From Mobula birostris (Eukaryota): a DNA stretch of 64,000 bases. The notes beneath the pieces are model-generated. The model was not told where the DNA came from. It searched no databases and saw nothing but the letters and a program-made list of their open reading frames with translations. How positions within the stretch are numbered: position 1 is the first letter of the stretch; every line of letters starts with the position of its first letter. Shown here piece by piece: positions 60,801 through 64,000 of this stretch. The stretch covers positions 185,908,638 to 185,972,637 of the forward strand of contig NC_092374.1 in the NCBI RefSeq assembly GCF_030028105.1, given 5' to 3'. Both the position numbers and the translations under genes were made by a program.

Positions 60801-62420
60801 CTCTCTAACCAGCAATGCCACCCCACTTCCTTTTCTTTCATGTCTATCCCTCCTGAATATTGAATATCCCTGAATGTTGAGCTCCCATCCTTGATCACCC
60901 TGGAGCCATGACTCTGTGATCCCAACTATATCATATTCTTTAATAAATATCCGCACATTCAATTCATCCACCTGGTTACTAATGCTCCTTGCATTGACAC
61001 ACAAAGCATTCAAGCTTGCTTTTACAACACTCTTAGGCCTTATACAATTATGTTGAAAAGTGGCCCTTTTTGATTTTTGCCCTGGATTTGCCGACCTGCC
61101 ACTTTTACTTTTCACCTTACTACTTTATGCTTCTACCCTCATTTTACACCCCTCTACCTCTCTGGACTTATTCCCATCCCCCTGCTACATTAGTTTAAAT
61201 CCTCCTGAACAGCAGTAGCAAACGCTCCCCCTAGGATATTGGTTCCAGTCCAGCCCAGGTGCAGACCGTCCTGTTTGTACCGGTCCCACCTCCTCCAGAA
61301 CTGGTTCCAATGCCCCAGAAATTTGAATCCCTCCCGCTTGCTCCATTTTTCAAGCCATGTATTCATCTGAAATATCCTCCTATTTCTACTCTGACTAGCA
61401 CGTGGCACTGGTAATAATCCAGAGATTATTACCTTTGTGGTCCTACTTTTTAGTTTATCTCCGAACTCCCTAAATTCACCTTGTAGGACCTCATCCTGTT
61501 TTTTACCTATATCGTTGGTACCAATGTGCACCACGACCACTGGCTGCTCACCCTCCCACTCCAGAATGTCCGGCAGCCGCTCAGAGTCATCCTTCACCCT
61601 TGCACCAGGGAGGCAACATACCCTCTTGGAGTCTCGTTTGCGGCCGCAGAAATGCCTATCTATTCCCCTTACAATCGAATCCCCTATCACTATAGCTCTC
61701 CCACTCCTTTTCCTTCCCTCCTGTGCCGCAGAGCCACCCATGGTGCCATGAACTCGGCTGCTGCTGCCTTCCCCTGATGAGACATCTCCCCCAACAGTAT
61801 CCAAAGCAGTATATCTGTTTACCTGCGGTGTGGCCAACTCACTGAACGTGCTATTCATGACTTTCTCAGCATCGTGGATGCTCCAGTATGAATCCAGTCG
61901 CACCTCCAGCTGCTCAATGTGGTCTGCCAGATGCTGCAGCTGGACACATTTACTGCACATATAGTTGTCAGGGACACTGGAAGTATCCCTGATTTCTCAC
62001 ATGCTGCAGGATGAACAAACCACAGGGCTAGTCTCAGCTGTCATGACCTAGCCAATACGCTACAGCCTCGCCGCCTTACTTGCTTCAAATAAAATACCGC
62101 TGCAGACTGTTCTCCTTTCAAAGGAACTTACCCGGCCTTACCTCACTTGGAGTGAAGCTCGTCCTCAGCCTCTGCTCGCCGAAGCCTCTCGAGACAAAGC
62201 CTTCCTACTCTGTCTCCCTCGACTCCGTCGCCCGCTCCGTCAAACTGCTCTCTTTTAAATACTCCCGCTGCCTCAGGGGCCGACTTACACGCGCTTGCAC
62301 AGTCCTGTCCCCATCAACCGCCAAGAAAAATGGCCGATTTCCACAAACTGCTCTCTTTTAAGTACTCCCGCTGCCTCACGGACCGACTTACACGCACTTG
62401 CGCAGTCCTGTACCGATCAA
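57895..62420 (-). mobile_element. CR1 LINE, near full length and degraded, with a Penelope mini-insertion
   Basis: Minus-strand ORFs 61190-61960 (ORF1 esterase), 60471-61115 (APE), 59677-58086 (RT pieces). Confidence 0.95.
59521..59746. mobile_element. Miniature palindromic Penelope-derived element with an 11-bp TSD
   Basis: tgtatttccct at 59510-59520 and 59747-59757; two inverted pseudo-LTR halves joined at the hammerhead motif. Confidence 0.8.
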
Positions 62421-64000
62421 CTGCCGAGAAAAAATCACACAGTCTTACATTTTTTAAACACAAATAAGGTGACAAATGAATAACCACAATTTCAATAGCT
62501 ATAATTTCCTACTGATTTCTAACATATTGAATATTTGTAAAATTACATACTTACAATAGTTGTACATCCCAACTAGTAGAATCCTTTTGAAAGCTTCTGA
62601 GCACAACCTCCGAACACCCAAAATATACCTCTTTTGTTAAAGTGCTGAAGGATTGCTCTCTGAATACAGAACTGGCCAGAAAATTTTAGAATTGAGATGC
62701 AGAAAAATTGCTTTAGTCAGAGGGTGGTAAATCTGTGGAACTTGTTGCCGCGAGTGGTTGTGGAGGCCAAGTCACTGGATGTATTTGAGGCAGAGATAGA
62801 TAGGTTCTTGATTAGACAGGGCATCAAAGGGTATGGGGAGAAGGCAGGGGTGTGGGGATGACTGGAAAAATTGGATCAGCCCATGATTGAATGGCGGAGC
62901 AGACTCGATGGGCTGAATTGCCTACTTTTCCTCCTATATCTTATGGTCTTATATTAACTGATAAAACAGACCCGTCCTGAACTATGCATCATGACAGGGA
63001 TACACTTTAAAATTGTGATAATACAGACAATGGCCACTAAACAACTTCCCTGATCACACCCTGTGGATTTAAATGACCACCAATCAACATGAACATTCAT
63101 GTGTTGTCTTCCCCTGGTGCAGAGTCAGAATGTCCCAAAAGCTCCAAAACCTGGGAATGGGTGAGCAGTTTCAAGATCCTGGGTGTCAACACCACTGAAG
63201 ATCTGTCCTGGCCCGACATATTGATGCAATTACAAAGGAGGCACAACAGCAGCTATGTTTCATTACGAGTTTGTGGAGTCTTGGTATGTCATCAATGACT
63301 CATGCAAGTTTCTACAAATGTACGTGGAGAGCATTCTAACTGGTTGCATCACCGTCTGGTATGGAGGGGCCACTGCTCAGAATCAGAAAAAGCAGCAGAA
63401 AGTTGGAAACTCAGCCAGCTCCATCATGGGCACTGACCTAGTATCAAGGATCCTTCAAAAGGTGATTCTTCAAAAAGGTGGTCTCCATCATTAAGGAGCC
63501 CCATCACCCAGGACATGCCCTCTTCTCAATGTTACCATCAAGGAGGAGGTACAGGAGGCTGAAAACACACACTCAGCATTTCAGGAACAGCTTCTTCCCC
63601 TCTGCCATTAGATTCCTGAAGGGACAATGAACATATGAACACTACCTCACTCTTTTTTGATCCCTTTTTGCACCACTTATTTGATTGATTTTTTAATATA
63701 TTTTTACATATATTATATTGATTACAATGTACTGCTGCTGCAAAAGAACAATTTTCACGACATATGCCAGTGATATTAAACCTGATTCTGATTGTGATTC
63801 AATGATTAGTTTCAGTCATCTTAAACTATCAGTTGAAGGTGGAGGGGCAGGTCGTGTTGAGGAAGCAGAGAGGCTGTGGGAGGACTTTGACAGATTTGGA
63901 GTTGTGTCAGGTGGTCATGCACTTTGTTGTAACTGTAACAAGTCTGGTCATGACACAGCCCAGCCCAGTGCAGTGCAGTGGTCTGCAAGGACTGCAAACA

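Overview
Eukaryotic, repeat-saturated vertebrate DNA. The repeat set (CR1, Rex1/Babar and Tx1 LINEs, Penelope-like elements, V-SINE/HE1-like SINEs, mariner remnants, LTR fragments) suggests a cartilaginous fish, which is an inference. Nearly all long ORFs in the track are transposon fragments. Short spliced exons, most of which the ORF track misses or mis-delimits, build two tandem + strand genes of one immunoglobulin-superfamily family. Gene A has its leader exon upstream of the window. Its exons are IgV 3735-4043, IgC2 6828-7088, five single-helix exons (13313-13414, 14839-14952, 17963-18070, 18274-18372, 19112-19210) and a tail exon from 20599. All introns are AG/GT and phase 1, and the exons join in frame into a CD2/SLAM/CEACAM-type V+C2 ectodomain on a five-pass membrane bundle, which is the CD47 topology with a different ectodomain. 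Gene B begins with a leader exon at 42185-42320 and a paralogous IgV exon at 57385-57690 and continues past the window. Secondary observations are lesions in the gene A tail, an LTR-borne AATAAA, Penelope hammerhead motifs and long intronic inverted repeats, and a multi-level nested insertion stack. All exon calls were made by hand from splice signals and reading frame, with no transcript or database evidence.
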